Shown: positions 1 through 13,006 of the stretch, in pieces
How positions within the stretch are numbered: position 1 is the stretch's first letter
How the letters are laid out: every line of letters begins with the position of its first letter
Assembly: GCF_016433145.1 (NCBI RefSeq)
Contig: NC_058133.1
Location: forward strand, 188,792,069-188,856,068
From: Gracilinanus agilis
Taxonomy: Eukaryota
DNA: 64,000 nt
Direction of reading: 5' to 3'
Made by a program: the position numbers and the translations under genes
Notes under the pieces: generated by a model
Database searches by the model: none
Told to the model about the DNA's origin: nothing
Seen by the model: only the letters and a program-made list of their open reading frames with translations

Positions 1-543
1 CCAGGGGCAGGAGGCGCCTGCAGATTTGTGGGCGGATGGGTGGGGCTTATTAAAGAGCTTCTTTCTTTGGGGGGGGGTGCCTCGGGAGGGGGTGCCGATC
101 CCCTGTAGAAGTTTTTTTTGGGGGGGTGAGACCACTGGTTTGCGCCTTACACGGCTAAAGTGTCCTCTGGCAATCAAACGCATACATCCACGTGTGCATG
201 CAACAGCCCACCTCCGGGACCTGCGGGGTCTGGGGGTGGGGGCGAAGGAGGGCGGTGCTCAATTCTTTCTCGCTGGGGTTTCTGGAGTCTTAGAGAAAAG
301 AAGGGAATCCGTTTCCCAAAGCTGAAGGACGGGCTTTAAGGACCAGTGATTGACAGCAGCGGCGCCTGGAGGCACGAGGCGATGGCGGTGACATCACGGT
401 CAACTCCTTGGTCATGGGGAGGGGGCGGGAGGTGGGGTCACAGGGGAGCGTAGTGGTGACTGCACCGAGAGCCTGGGATGCCTTGGGGAGAGCTCCGGCA
501 CTCACTGCCTGCGAAGAGCTCAGTTGGAAATTTTTGGAGAGCG

Positions 544-557
544 GCGCCCTCTGGTGG
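544..557 (-). promoter_or_regulatory. CTCF core motif (CCACCAGAGGGCGC) in a CpG-containing segment at the window start
   Basis: Plus strand GCGCCCTCTGGTGG at 544-557 matches the established CTCF consensus closely. Binding is inferred. Confidence 0.6.
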
Positions 558-3299
558 TACATTTGAGAAGAGAGAGAGAGAGAAGGTGGAATTCTGTTTT
601 GGTGTAACATCTGGTGAATTCAGACCCACATCTGGCTAGGCTGGGAATCTTGTCTAGGCCTGATCAAGGCTTGAATATTGCCTATTAGTTACCCTACAGA
701 GGCATCCTGTAGCTCCGTGGCATAAAAGTGGTCTCAGAGTCAATAAAATCGAGATTTGGATCCAGGGTTTGCCCCTTACTGACGACTTTAAACAAGTCAT
801 TTTCCCCTTTCTTAGCCTTAGTATCCTTGTTTGTAAGGCAGAGGTGATAATACACGCCTTGGTAAAAGTGCCTCCCTTTTTGGGTTGTGAGGTCAGGAAA
901 TCCAAGTTCCCTAATGCTCTGTCACTCACTAGCTGTGGGATCTTGGACAGTCACTTAACCTCTCTGGGCCTCCATTTCCTCATTTGTAAAATATAGCTAT
1001 CCAAATCCAAATATAGGTATTCAAGTAGGTGATCTATCACTAGGGTTCCTTCTGGCACCAATGATTTTGCTTTGCTCGTTTTAATTATTTTACTTTTCAA
1101 AAACACTTTCAGATTCTATTTTCATCTACTGACAAAATAACCTTATGGAGCAGGTAGTAAACAAATTGCTTATTTTGTATTAAAGACACTCCCTTTTCAC
1201 CGTTTTATAATGTCTGGCTTCCTTCAGGGCCTAGTTGTCAGGGTACCCCTTACAGTGTCTCTCCCCAAATGACTTCATATATATATATCTTTTTTTTACT
1301 AATCTGTATACATGTTGCTTCTCTACAATAAAATATAAGCTGGTTGACAGCACAGACTGGTTTGTGTGTGTGTGTGTCTTTGTATCTGTTCTTATTTGTC
1401 CTTCCTTTTTAAAGAGAACCCCTGAGTGACTTGGATTTAAGAAGGCAGAGTTGCCAAAACCTGTCAACCTTGTTAGTGGATATAGTTTCATCTCAGTGTA
1501 GCAGTTGTTCTTGCTATAGTTTCTTGGAGTCACAGGTGAGAGTTGGGGGGCAGACAGACACCAAAGGTGGATGAGCTCTGCAAGCCCTCACATCAGAGGA
1601 GCCCGTCCTCTCCAAACACCCCACACAAGCTTGTTGAATTAACCAATGCCTGATAAATGAATCTCCATTTTTGAGACAAGAAAATCAAGGAATAACAGAT
1701 AGGAGGATGACTCATTTGTCTAAAATAAAACCCCCTAAATAATATTACCCTCATAATTTTTCTACTAGACCCCACTGAAATGTGCCTGGATTCTATCCTG
1801 GGGAAAAATCGGTCACATCTTTGCTGGGTTGGGGCCTCAGTGGGGGGAAGGTCTGAGTTCAGTTCTAGAGCCTGAGATTTTCTTTCTTCAGGATGTCCTT
1901 GGCAGGATTTGGCAAATCCTCTCAGGCCCCTAAATAGCCTAAAATTATGTATGTGATCATTAACAGGCTTTTAAGTCCCTTCAATTAAACCAAGCACTAT
2001 GCTAGGCACTATAGATACAAATGCCTAAATAAAAAAGTGACTGCCCTAGAGTTTAATTTGGGGCTGAAGAACAAATACTCAGTAAAGTAAATACAAAAAA
2101 TATATATTCTAATTACAAGGTAATTTGGAGGCAGGCACTAACACCTGATGGGATCAGAAAAGTCTGTGGTAGAAATTAAAATAGGGTCTTTTGAAGCCTG
2201 CAGTTCTTAATTTGGGGTCAAGGAACTTGTATTTTGTAATATATTTAGATAACTGCATTTTAATATACTTTGTAATCCATACTTATTTCATTTTATGCTT
2301 TTAAATATATTATTTTAATAAGAGCTCAACTGGTGTCACCAAACTGCCAAAGGGGTCTGTGACACAAGAAAGGTAAAGAATCAGGTGTTTTTTCTGAATA
2401 TATTTTTATTTATTTCATTAACTATTTCCCAATTACATGTAATTTTTAAAAAACACTTACTTGTCTTAGGGTCAATGCTATGTATTGGTTCTAAGGCAGA
2501 AGAGTGGTAAGGGCTGGGCAATGGAGGCTAAGTGACTTGCCCAGAGTCACACAGCTAAATGTCTGAGTTAAGATTTGAACCCAGGACTTCCTACCTCTTA
2601 GCCTGGCTCTCAGGCCATTGTGCCATCTAGCTGCTCTTACATGAAAAAAATGTTAATATTCAACTTAAAAAATGTTGAGATCCAAATTTAATTCTCTCTC
2701 ACTCCCTCCTGCCCCTGCCCCACTCCCAATCCTGGCTAAGGTAAGCAATATGATATCGAATATATGTGTAAAGTCATATATGTGACACATTTCCATATTA
2801 GCCATATTGCAAAAGAAAACACACACGAAGAAAATAAAGTGAAAAAATTAGGCTTCATTTTTCATCTTGGGACCCGAGCAATCGTCTTAGATCAGAGGAG
2901 CTAAGTCTTTCACAGTTGATCATCCTTCCCAAGAACCTCCGTTTTAAAGAAAAACTCTCAAGATGTATAAAAATGTAGGGAAAAGATTGCTTCATTCTTC
3001 CTATTTTTATCCCCAGAACAGGGCGTATAGCAGGCACCTAATAAATGCTTGGAGATTATATACTACATATGGATATATATATTTATTTTATACATACCTA
3101 TAAATGTTTGTATATATGTATACATATAGATGTATAATGTATATAAACTTTATATAATGAACGAATTAATGAAATGCATTTAATAAAAAAGATAAAAACA
3201 TAAATGCTTGGGGATAGATTTGTTACATTGTCGTCCGTGAGGGTTCTTCATTTGTTGTGACATTCCTAACCAAATAGATCCTCGTCTCTCCGCCCGCTG

Positions 3300-4100
3300 C
3301 CCTCCACTTCCCCGACAGACGCTAACAATGCCTCGCCTTCCGCTCTCACCAGAAATCTGCAGTAGAACGTTAGCGCCCTTAGAACGTAAGCGCTTCGAGG
3401 GCAGAGATCACTTGGTTCCCGCCCGCGCTGGGGCGCACACCAGCTAGAGCGGACTCAAATAGACTAGGGGCGAGCAGACTCCAAGCGTCCCTTTAACTCG
3501 GCCGCCGCCCGGACTCCGCCCCGCGCCGCGCGATTCTTCCCTCCTTCGGCCCCGCCCCGCGCCTCTCGCCTTGCTTTCCCCTGCGCCCGGAGCTCGCTCG
3601 CTCCTGGTAGCTGTGCACCCGGGACCCGGCGGCGAACGGACGGAGTTGGAGAGAGCCATGTCCGCAGAGGTGGAGACAGCGGAGGTGGCCATTGCAGCCG
3701 CGGCCACGGCCGGCGAGGGGGGCGATGCCCCTCAGCCGCCCTCCAAAGCCGAAGAGATCGTGTCTCCGCCAACGCCCCCGCCGTCGGAGGCGGCCAAGGA
3801 TGAGGTTCCCCCGGAGCGGCCCCCTTTGCGCTGCTTGGTGCTCACGGGCTTCGGAGGCTACGACAAAGTGAAGCTGCAGAACCGGCCAGCTTCCCCTCCA
3901 GCTCCGGGCCCTGGACAGCTGACCGTTCGGGTCCGAGCCTGCGGCCTCAACTTCGCTGACCTTTTGATTCGCCAGGGAGTGTACGACCGCCTGCCCCAAG
4001 TGCCCTTCACCCCCGGGATGGAGGGTGCGGGCGTTGTTATCGCGGTGGGAGAGGGAGTCAACGAGCGCAAGGTGAGTGAGCTGTTGGGGTCCGGGGGAGG
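3300..4100 (+). promoter_or_regulatory. VAT1: VAT1 CpG-island promoter and exon 1 region
   Basis: High GC and CpG density, several GC boxes (CCGCCC) at about 3500-3560, directly upstream of the ATG at 3658. Confidence 0.8.
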
Positions 4101-4912
4101 TGTGGAGCTTACAGGTATGATTGGGCCGGGGGTGTGGCACCAAGGGTAAAACTCCCCAGAGGTGGGGTGTGTGGGTGTGTTTGGGGAAGTGACTAGGGTA
4201 GAACCTGCCGAGGAGCTCTTCCTGTCTTGGGACTCCTCAGTAGCCCTTGCGGATAAGGAATTTGGGGGTGATTGTGGGGAGGGGGACTCCACCCCGTATG
4301 TCTGTCCAGCTGCAGCCGCCGCCCTTCGCCCGTGGCAGAAAAACAATAGGGTGGCCTTGCGCATGCGGAGAGTGCACTACACATCCAGCCCCCCCCCAAA
4401 AGGATTAGCACCCCATCTCCTTGAATACGCCCCCCTCCCTTTAAACAAACAGTCGGGCCTGGACTGCGCAAATCCTTAGGCTAGGTTTATTGAGCCCCCT
4501 TCTCCTAGAGGGCGAAGGGGTGCGGTGGGGATCTACGTTGGTGATAAACCAGTGGGTTTGGGGAGGGTTAGCGGGAGGAGGGGGGACGGGGGAGAGCCTA
4601 GGGCCAGAGTCACATGCACCCCCGTGGCTGGCGGGGGCGGAGGGAGGGGACTACCTCTCCCTAAGCTAGAGTTGAGGGACGGACACGCCCACCCCCTGGC
4701 GGAGGGAGGGTTAGAACTCTTACTCCACGCGTTGCCCCCTCCCCTCTTTTCAGGGGCGTTTTCTATCTGGTCAATTAGCTTAGGATTTGGGGGGGCAGGG
4801 GTCTTGGGAGGAAGCCACAAAAGGGGGAGGGGGCGTTCAGAAAGGCTCCTTCTAATGTGACCATCCTGCTATCTCTCCCCCCCCCCTGTGACTCACACTA
4901 CCGGCCTGGCTC

Positions 4913-4945
<33 letters not shown>

Positions 4946-7900
4946 TAGGCCTCGGGCAGAAACCTCCCCAGGGAGAAATCAGACAAAAGCCGCTGCTCCA
5001 CCCCCACACCGGGACCCCGGGGACCCCGGCTCTTCTTTTCAGAGCTTTGGAGGTGGGGTTGGCCCTAAGGAGCAGGTTGTCCCCACGCCGCCACCGCTCA
5101 CATCATCTTGTTTTAATTTATCTTTAAGCTCAGGCACAGCACTTGGGCTCCTTCAAGGAAACACAAATACTACTTTTAGAGAAATCCAGCTGCCTAGGGA
5201 TAGATTAACCGCGACTGTCCTAACGAGCCCATTTCCATTCGAGATCTTTTCCCCAGAGCCGGAGATTCTCCTTTAAGAACCATCCCTGAGCCTCTCCTTC
5301 TCCCCAACCTTCGGTTAACCCCAATTCGCTGCCAGACTCCTCTTCCTCCCAGCTGAAGAGGGGGAGGGAAGGGACGGGAGGATTCGGGGCTGCCCGGGGT
5401 GGGGACCAGCCACAAGGCCCTTCCTCCTATCTTCCCCAACCCATATACACAGGCCTTCCGACGGATATCCTGTCCAGGGGAAGAATCTGCGGTGAGGGTC
5501 AAGAATTGGGCTTTGAATGGACCACGCCCCTGAGATCCTGGGATCTGGGCCTTGCGGAACCATTAGACCTCGAACATCCAGGAAGGGCCTATAACATGGA
5601 TGGTCGGAGTGGGGGAAAGAAAGGAGGCTTGGGAGTCCCAAAGACCCGAATTCAAATCCTCCTTCAGAGAGCCGGTATCCTCCTCGTGTGACCATGGGCA
5701 GGTTACTTACAATAGCCTCCATTTCTTTATTTCTAAAATGTAAGGGAGTTGGCCTCTAAGGTCCCTTTCAGTTCATAGTCTATAATTCTATTGAATCAAT
5801 AACCGCCAGCCTTTTGAACCCAGGCTAGGATTTTGGGAGTCTCCTGTTTGACCCTGCTATGCTCTGGACTGTGAGAAGAAAGGGAAATACGTGTTTTAGA
5901 GTTAAGGGAATGGAGGCTTTGGGAAGGGAAGACTATGATGGAAAGGGGGTTATGTGTGGGAGTCTTTCCCCCTTCCCCCTTCTCAGCTCCCTGGTTGCTT
6001 CTCATTACCATGCGGGAGTCCCATCATTCCTGGCAGGGACTGAGACAGACCCTGATTGTCTAGGGATCTCACCCCCACCCACATCTCTGTATGGGGGGGC
6101 AATAAACCTTCCCCCCTCCCCCCCAAAGAGGAACTCCCCTCCCCCCCAAAAATGCTGTTTAGCAGGAGGAGAAGATCAAATAATCATCTGTTCTGCTTTC
6201 ACTCCAGTCCTTGTGTTTTCTGCGTTCTGGGTGTGGAAGGGTGGAAGGGGGAGTGTGTCTCCATCTTGGAGTGGGGAGATGGGGGAGAGCTGGTATGAGA
6301 CCTCCCTGAATAGCCAATAACTTCTCTGTGGTTACAGGGTATTCCCGAAGGCTTCTTGCATGTAGTTTAAAACTACGAGACAACTTTTGAGTACCTTGTG
6401 TTCTATCTTTAGGAACGGAAAGGCTTCCTTTTCCAGAAAAGCTGCCCCCAATTCTCACTTCCACCTCACCCTCAAGAGTTGGAACTCTACTTCTTTGAAT
6501 TCCTGTAGCACCGATCACATCGTGCCTCATATTCCAGATATTCTTATACGTTTTGTCCCCCCTGTTCCACTGTAAGCTTGGGAGAAGGGCCGGTTTTAAT
6601 TCATCTCCATATTCTGCCCCCTCCTCTGACAGGATGGGTAAACCTTGAATAATAGTTAAACAAGAGAACAAGACTTGAGACTTACAAAACCTTGGGCCTC
6701 CATGATACTAGCTGTGTGACCTTAGGTAAATCGCTTTCTTTTCTGAATCTTTTTTTGTTTGTTGCTATATAGAATTTGTAGTTTGTATCAGATCAGGGGT
6801 TCTTAACCTGGGATCATGAACTTGTTTTGGGCCTTAGTTTATATCTGTATAAAAGGAGTGGGTGGTACCAGATAGATTAGAGGTTCTTAACCTGGACTCG
6901 TTTATTTTTTAATTTTATTTAAAGTTTTTTCCCATGGTTACATGAATCATGTTGTCTCCCCTCTCCCAGAGCTGAGGAGCAATTCCACTGGGTTTTACGT
7001 GTCTTATCGCCCAAAATCTTTCTCCATGGTATTCATTTTTGTAATAGATTAATCTTTTAAAACCAAAACCCCAAATCATATACTCATATAAACAAGTGAT
7101 CAATCATAGGTTTTCTTCTGCATTTCTACTCCCACAGTTCTTTCTCTAGAGGTGGATAGCATTCTTTTTCGTAAGTCCATGGACTTGTTTTAAAAACTGT
7201 TTTGTGGGGCAGTTAGGTGGCATAGTAGATAGAGAGGCAGGCCTGAATTTGGGAGGCCCTGGGTTCAAATGTGGCAAGTCACTTAACCCCAATCGCCCTT
7301 TGCCTTTCATCTTAGAGTTGTTACTAAAACAGAAAATAAGGGTTAAAAAATTGTTTTAAACTGTTTTGATAACTATTTCAGTAGGATTTGTTTCCTTTGT
7401 AATCCTCTCTGTTTGATTTCCTGAAATTTAAAAAAACATTTTTCTGAGAAGGGGTCCTTAGACTTCACCAGGGATGGAGTGGTCCATGATGCAAGAAAAG
7501 GTGCCCCGGACCATCTAGATGCTCCGAGCCTGGCTTCTCTCCACTCCAATACCCTAGAATTCTGTCTGTCAAATGCAAAAGTCTTTTTTCTCTTTCCACC
7601 CCCCAAGGTAGGTGACCGGGTGATGGTGCTGGTGAGGGCTGGGATGTGGCAGGAGGAGGTGACCGTGCCAGCCATCCAGACGTTCCCAATGCCGGAAGCG
7701 ATGTCCTTTGAAGAGGCAGCTGCCTTGCCTGTCAATTACATCACTGCCTACATGGTCCTCTTCGATTGTGGCAATCTTCGGCCTGGCCACAGCGTCCTGG
7801 TGCACATGGCGGCCGGTAATGTCAGGCTCTCCCCCTCTGTCTGTCCCCTCCCCCTCCCCCAGCCACCAAGCTGGCTGTTGTCATGGCAACCCCAGGGAGA

Positions 7901-8735
7901 CCTTGGCCTGGACTGCCCAGGAGCCTCCCAGAAGCCCTGGCAGCGCTGTTGCCATGGCAACGCCCAGGCTCCAGGTTGGGCTTGGCAGTGTGGTTTCCAT
8001 GGCAACTCACCCCTGCCCCTTTTCCTATGGAAATCTGGCTGAGGGAGGTATGGGTGGACGTGGGGTTGGAGGTGAGGTTTTGTGACCGTCCCTCTTACAT
8101 CCCTTGGCTCTAGGAGGGGTAGGGATGGCAGCCATCCAGCTGTGCCAGACAGTGGAGAACGTGACGGTGTTTGGGACAGCCTCGGCCAGCAAGCACGATG
8201 TGCTGAAGGAGAAGGGGGTCAGCCACCCCATCGACTACCACACATCCAACTATGTGGATGAGGTCAAAAAGATCTCCCCCAAAGGTGAGGAGCCCATGGG
8301 CGTGGGTCAGAGGAGGGGGCTCCATTTCCCCATCTCCTCCCCACTGACCTCTTACACCCTTCCCTTCAGGGGTGGACATCGTCTTGGATCCCCTGGGTGG
8401 AGCAGATACCTACAAAGCTTACAACCTTCTGAAACCAATGGGTAAAGTCGTCACCTATGGTGAGTAGCTTTGGGGGGCCAGGAGGTGGGGAATCGCTGAG
8501 GGAGTCAGAATGCCTTGCCGTGCTGGCAGGTCCTAGGTGATTGTTTGGTCTCGCTGGCTCTATTTGCCTTCTTGGGGATTAACTGACGTACATTTTTATT
8601 GATTTGATTTGATTTGATTTTTCTTTCTTTTTTTTTTACTTATTGATTGATTTCTAAACACTTACCTTCCATCTTAGAATCAATAGTCTATATTGGGTCC
8701 AAGGTAGAAAAGTGGTAAGGGTTAGGCAATGGGGT

Positions 8736-8786
<51 letters not shown>

Positions 8787-11700
8787 GGATGGATGAAATA
8801 GTGACTCATCCGTGGTCACATAGCTAGGAAGTGTCTGAGGCCACATTTGAACCCAGGACCTCCCATCTCCAGGTCTGACTGTTCACTGAGCTAGCTGCCC
8901 CATTACTGATTAATTTTAAACTTGTTTTATTTAAATTTGATTTTTAGGAGAGCAACTAGGTGGCTCAGTGGATAGAGAGCCAGGTCTAGAGATAGGAGGT
9001 CCTGTGTTCAAATCTGGTCTCAGACACATCCCAGCTGTGGGACCCTGGACAAGTCATTTCACCCCCATTGCCCAGCCCTTATGACTCTCCTACCTTAGAA
9101 CCAATACACAGTATTGATTCTGAGATGGAAGGTAAGGGTTTTTTTTTTGTTGTTGTTTTTTAAATAAAAAATTAAATAAATTAAGTAAATTTGATTTTTA
9201 ACAAATGGATTAAGAAGAAAATGGCCAAGTAGGGTAAGAATCTGTAGATGAAGTGAGTAAGGGCGGGGGGGGGGGGGGGGAATTGGACAGATAATTCTTG
9301 AAATGCTAAGGAAAGGGAATTGGTCCCTTTTCCTCTCTTTCATAAGATCATAGGTTTTGAGATGGAAAGAACCTTAGTGGGGCAGGTAGATGGTCCAATG
9401 GATAGAGAGCCAGGCCTGGAGGCAGGAGGTCCTGGGTTCAAATGTGGCCTCAGACACCACCCAGCTATGTGAACTGCTCTAATGCCTTGGAAGCAATACC
9501 TAGTGTAAGAAAGAAAGATAAGGGTTTAAAAAAAAAAGAGAGAGAATCTCAAAGGTCAAGACCCAAATGTCTCATTTTGCAGGTGAAGAAATAGGCAAAG
9601 TGTCTTGCCTCGAATTACTGGTAAGAGGAGGAGAGACAAGGGGCTTTTGAAGCTCGCTTAAAAAAAAACATTTCCTCCAGAATCAAATGAGATATTTGTA
9701 AAGTGCTTATAACACAATGCCTGGCACATAAAAGAAAATACTTACCAAATGTTTATCTCCTTCCCCTCCATCCACCAGCATGCTCCCAGTGCTGCCTGGG
9801 GAATACAAACTCACCTTAATGCGATCCCTGAATCTCCTGTTGCCACCATTTTTCAGAGAAGGAGTCTGGTAATGTGTAACAAGAAGGATAAAAACAATCG
9901 CCCCTTGACCCACTTGCCGATTCCACTTTGATGACTGTCCCACGAAGAAATAACCCAGAGGGAATGATAGGTGTGTGGACTCTGCCCACACGGGGTCATG
10001 TGTTTGGGAGATTAGATAGAGCTGAAATTCTCCTGGAGGTGCCTTCTCTTGCCAGAAGGTGTTGTGCCTCCAAGTCTCCAACAAGCCCACTGGAGCTGGA
10101 AGGGAGGCAGCTGTCTCAGCCTAGCCATGGGTCTGTCTGCTGTTTAAGAACCAACCTTAAGGTAATAGAGTGCTTAGAGCAATGGACCTGGAGTCCAGGG
10201 CCTCAAACACGTCCTAGCTATGTGACCCTGAGCAAGTCATTTAACCCCAGTTGCCTAGCCCTTGTTAAACTTCACACTTCATTTATTTATTTATTTTTTA
10301 GAAAGAAAGCCCTTACCAGAATTCCATCTTGGAATCAATACTGAGTCAATAGGTCCAATTCTCCATCCACTGAGCCACTCAGCTGCCCCTTTCACATTAA
10401 AAAAAATTTAAAAATCCCTTACTGTCTTAGAATCGATACTAAGCAATGAGGGTTAAGTGTTGTTAGTAATTAGTTCAATAACTGAAAGTTTAGTTTATCA
10501 ATAAAGTTTATTATTAACCTTTACAGTGGTAAGTGCTCGGAGTCACATGGATCTAAAGCCAGATCTGAACCCAATATAAAATACTTTTTTTTTTAAAGCT
10601 TGTCCTTTCTTAATTGGTACTTAGTTCTGAGGCAGAAGGGAGAGAGTAAGGGCTTGGCATTTGGAGTTAAGTGACTTGTCCAGTCATACAGTTTGAACCC
10701 AGAACCTGGCTCTCTGTCTACTGTGCTACCTAGCTGTCCATCCTTGCCCGTCTTGTCTTAGCATTAATACTAAGAGGGTAGCTGAGTGGCTCAGTGCATT
10801 GAGAGTCAGGGCTCGAGATGAGAGGACCTGGATTCAAATATGGCCTCAGACATTTCCTGGCTGTGTGACCCTGGGCAAGTCATTTCACCTTCATTTTCTA
10901 GCCCTTACCGCTCTTCTGCCTTGGAACCCATACACAGTATTGACTCTTAAGATGGAGGGTAAGGGTTAAAAAATAAAAGAATTAAGACAGAAGGTAAGAG
11001 GTTTGTTGTTTTTTTTCCTTTAAAACCAACAGCCTAAGTGCAACAAAGAATGGTGCCTTTGCTTGTTGATTTTCCAGCCAAAGCAACTGTTAACGACCAT
11101 CTGCCAATTTGGCAGTCATGTCTACGGAGACAAAATCTGGGATTGCTTAAAGTATAAAATCCCCAAGATGACACAGTGCTGGCCCAAAAGGAGGCCTTTG
11201 AGATGGCTGCTTGTGAGGAATGTGGTAGGAGAGGATTCCTGTGCAGGTATGGGTGGGTCTAGACAGATTGTCAAAGGAGAAATTGACAAGTATCTGAAAG
11301 TGATCTGGTATCTGAGAGCCCACAGCCTGGAGAGGCCCCAAGCCGGCCTCACGCTCGCCGACCTCATGACCCTGGGTGAGGCCCTTAACCACTCTTGGCC
11401 TCAGTTTCCTCATCTGTCAAATGAGCCAAGAAGAAAGCCACCCCAGGACCTTTGCCAAGAAAAACCCCAAATGAGATCAGTCAGACATGATTAAATATAC
11501 TATAGAGAGCAGATTTTAAATGTCTTTAATAGACATAATAGATGATACAGACATTTATGAAGATAACTTGCATGTAAGCATACATATGTGCACATATATG
11601 TTTTGGGGTTCATGTTTGTATGAATATTTGCTTTTTTACACCCTTACCTTCTGCCTTAGATTCAATAGTAAGTGTTGGTTCTAAGGCAGAAGAGTAGTAA

Positions 11701-13006
11701 GGGCTAGGTAATGGGGTGAAGTGACTTGTCACACAGCTAGGAAGTGTCCGAGTTCGGATTTGAACCCAGGACCTCTCATCTCTAGGCAGGGTTTTCTCTC
11801 CACCAAGCCACCCAGCTGCCTCCCCTTTTTTTTTTAATCCTTTTCTTCCATCTTAGAATGGATACTAAATATTGGTTCCAAAACAGAAGAGCTGTAAGGG
11901 CTAGGCATCTTTTTTTTCCAGTGACTTGCCCAGGGTCACACAGTGGGTTATTTTTTGATGGATGTGTCCCATCTCTGCTTTTCTGCAGGGGTGTCCAACA
12001 TGCTAACCGGCCCAAAACGGAACCTGATGGCCATGGCCAAAACCTGGTGGAATCAGTTCAGCGTGTCTGCCTTGCAGCTGCTGCAGGCGAATCGTGGCAT
12101 CTGTGGCTTCAACCTTAGCTATCTGGAGAACGAGGTGGAGCTGGTGAGCAGGGTGGTGCTGCACCTGATGAGCCTTTATAGCCAGGGCCATATCAAGCCC
12201 CATATTGACTCCGTCTGGCCCTTTGAGAAGGTGAGTTGGGGACTGGCTGACTGAGAAGGCTTTACGGGGTGACAGCCAGCATCGCTTTGAGGGCGTGCCA
12301 TAGGTTTCTCCTGTTTTATAGACTTGGGACACCAAGGCTCAGAGGGACCTGCCTGTGCTCCAGGTCAGAGGCTAGGGTAGCTAGGTGGCCCAGCAGGTAG
12401 AGCACTGGACCTGGAGTCAGGAAGACCCAAGTTCAAATCTATCTCAGGCACTAGCTATTAAGTATGCTATAGGGAGACTTTGCCTCAATTTGACATGTAA
12501 ATTACCTCAAATTGAGATCATATTTGTAAAATTAAAAAGGTACACAGACCATACAAATACTCGTCCCCTTTATTCCCAAGTTTGGTACTCTTGCCATCAT
12601 AATATGCTTTATAGCTATGGCACTCGCCATAACTGTGCTGGAAGGGAAAGAACATATGGAGTGAGGAGAGGTGGGGTCTAGGTCTGGCTCTGCCAGTCAC
12701 TCCCTGTGACCATCCCAAGCTCTCTAAGGCTATTTTCCTCCTTTCTCAGAAGAAGCTGAGCTGGCCTCCAAGCCCCTTGGGGTTGGATTGCTGGGGTGAG
12801 GGGTGGTGGGGGGTTCTGGCAGGGGGATAGATGGACCAGAATGTAAGGGGACAAGAACTGGTGATTCTGTCTTCTCCACAATTAAGCTTCAGTAGATTTT
12901 TCCCACCTCCTTTCCCCTACAGGTGGCTGATGCCATGAAGCAAATCCAAGAGAAGAAGAATGTGGGCAAAGTCATCCTGGTGCCCAGCTCAGAGAAGAAC
13001 TACTAG
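3658..13006 (+). CDS. VAT1: Vesicle amine transport 1 (MDR/quinone-oxidoreductase-like protein), 402 aa; join(3658..4071,7608..7815,8114..8284,8370..8459,11989..12230,12923..13006)
   Basis: Translation MSAEVE...LRCLVLTGFGGYDKVKL...ACGLNFADL...PGMEGAGVV|VGDRVMVL...HMAAG|GVGMAA...KKISPKG|VDIVLDPLGG...|GVSNMLTGPKRN...WPFEK|VADAMKQ...EKNY*. All junctions are GT-AG, total 1209 nt. Internal exon sizes (208/171/90/242) match human VAT1 as I recall it. Confidence 0.97.
4917..4943 (+). repeat. (CTG)9 trinucleotide microsatellite in VAT1 intron 1
   Basis: Read directly from the sequence. Confidence 0.9.
7877..8006. promoter_or_regulatory. Three palindromic RFX X-box motifs in VAT1 intron 2
   Basis: GTTGTCATGGCAAC at 7877-7890, GTTGCCATGGCAAC at 7948-7961 and GTTTCCATGGCAAC at 7993-8006. 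Confidence 0.7.
8655..12470. mobile_element. Cluster of marsupial CORE-SINEs (MAR1/SINE1_Mdo-like) and MIRs in VAT1 introns 4-5
   Basis: Repeated GGGCAGCT(A/G)GGTGGC...GGTTCAAAT...TGTGTGACCCTGGGCAAGTCA...A-tail units. Approximate copies: 8655-8902(-), 8946-9150(+), 9379-9535(+), 10170-10400, 10590-10740(-), 10775-10975(+), 11640-11805(-), 11830-11945(-), 12375-12470(+). The copy near 11330-11490 has an RTE-like tail (TTTGCCAAGAAAAACCCCAAATG). Confidence 0.85.
8736..8783 (+). repeat. (GATA)12 microsatellite embedded in an antisense SINE
   Basis: Read directly; followed by GATG units; flanked on both sides by SINE sequence (about 8655-8902). Confidence 0.9.

Noticed and set aside
1-650. RND2 coding exon 1 expected from human synteny
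   Set aside because: No minus-strand frame resembles the RND2 N-terminus; the gene, if present, lies outside the window.
3571-3657. TTG-initiated N-terminal extension of VAT1 in the ORF track
   Set aside because: ATG 3658 has a good context (GCCATGT) and matches the known start; the upstream part looks like GC-rich 5'UTR.
3444-4364. Several long minus-strand ORFs over VAT1 exon 1 (similar ones at 23562-24057 and 50372-50998)
   Set aside because: Stop-poor GC-rich CpG-island shadow ORFs with no recognisable protein similarity.
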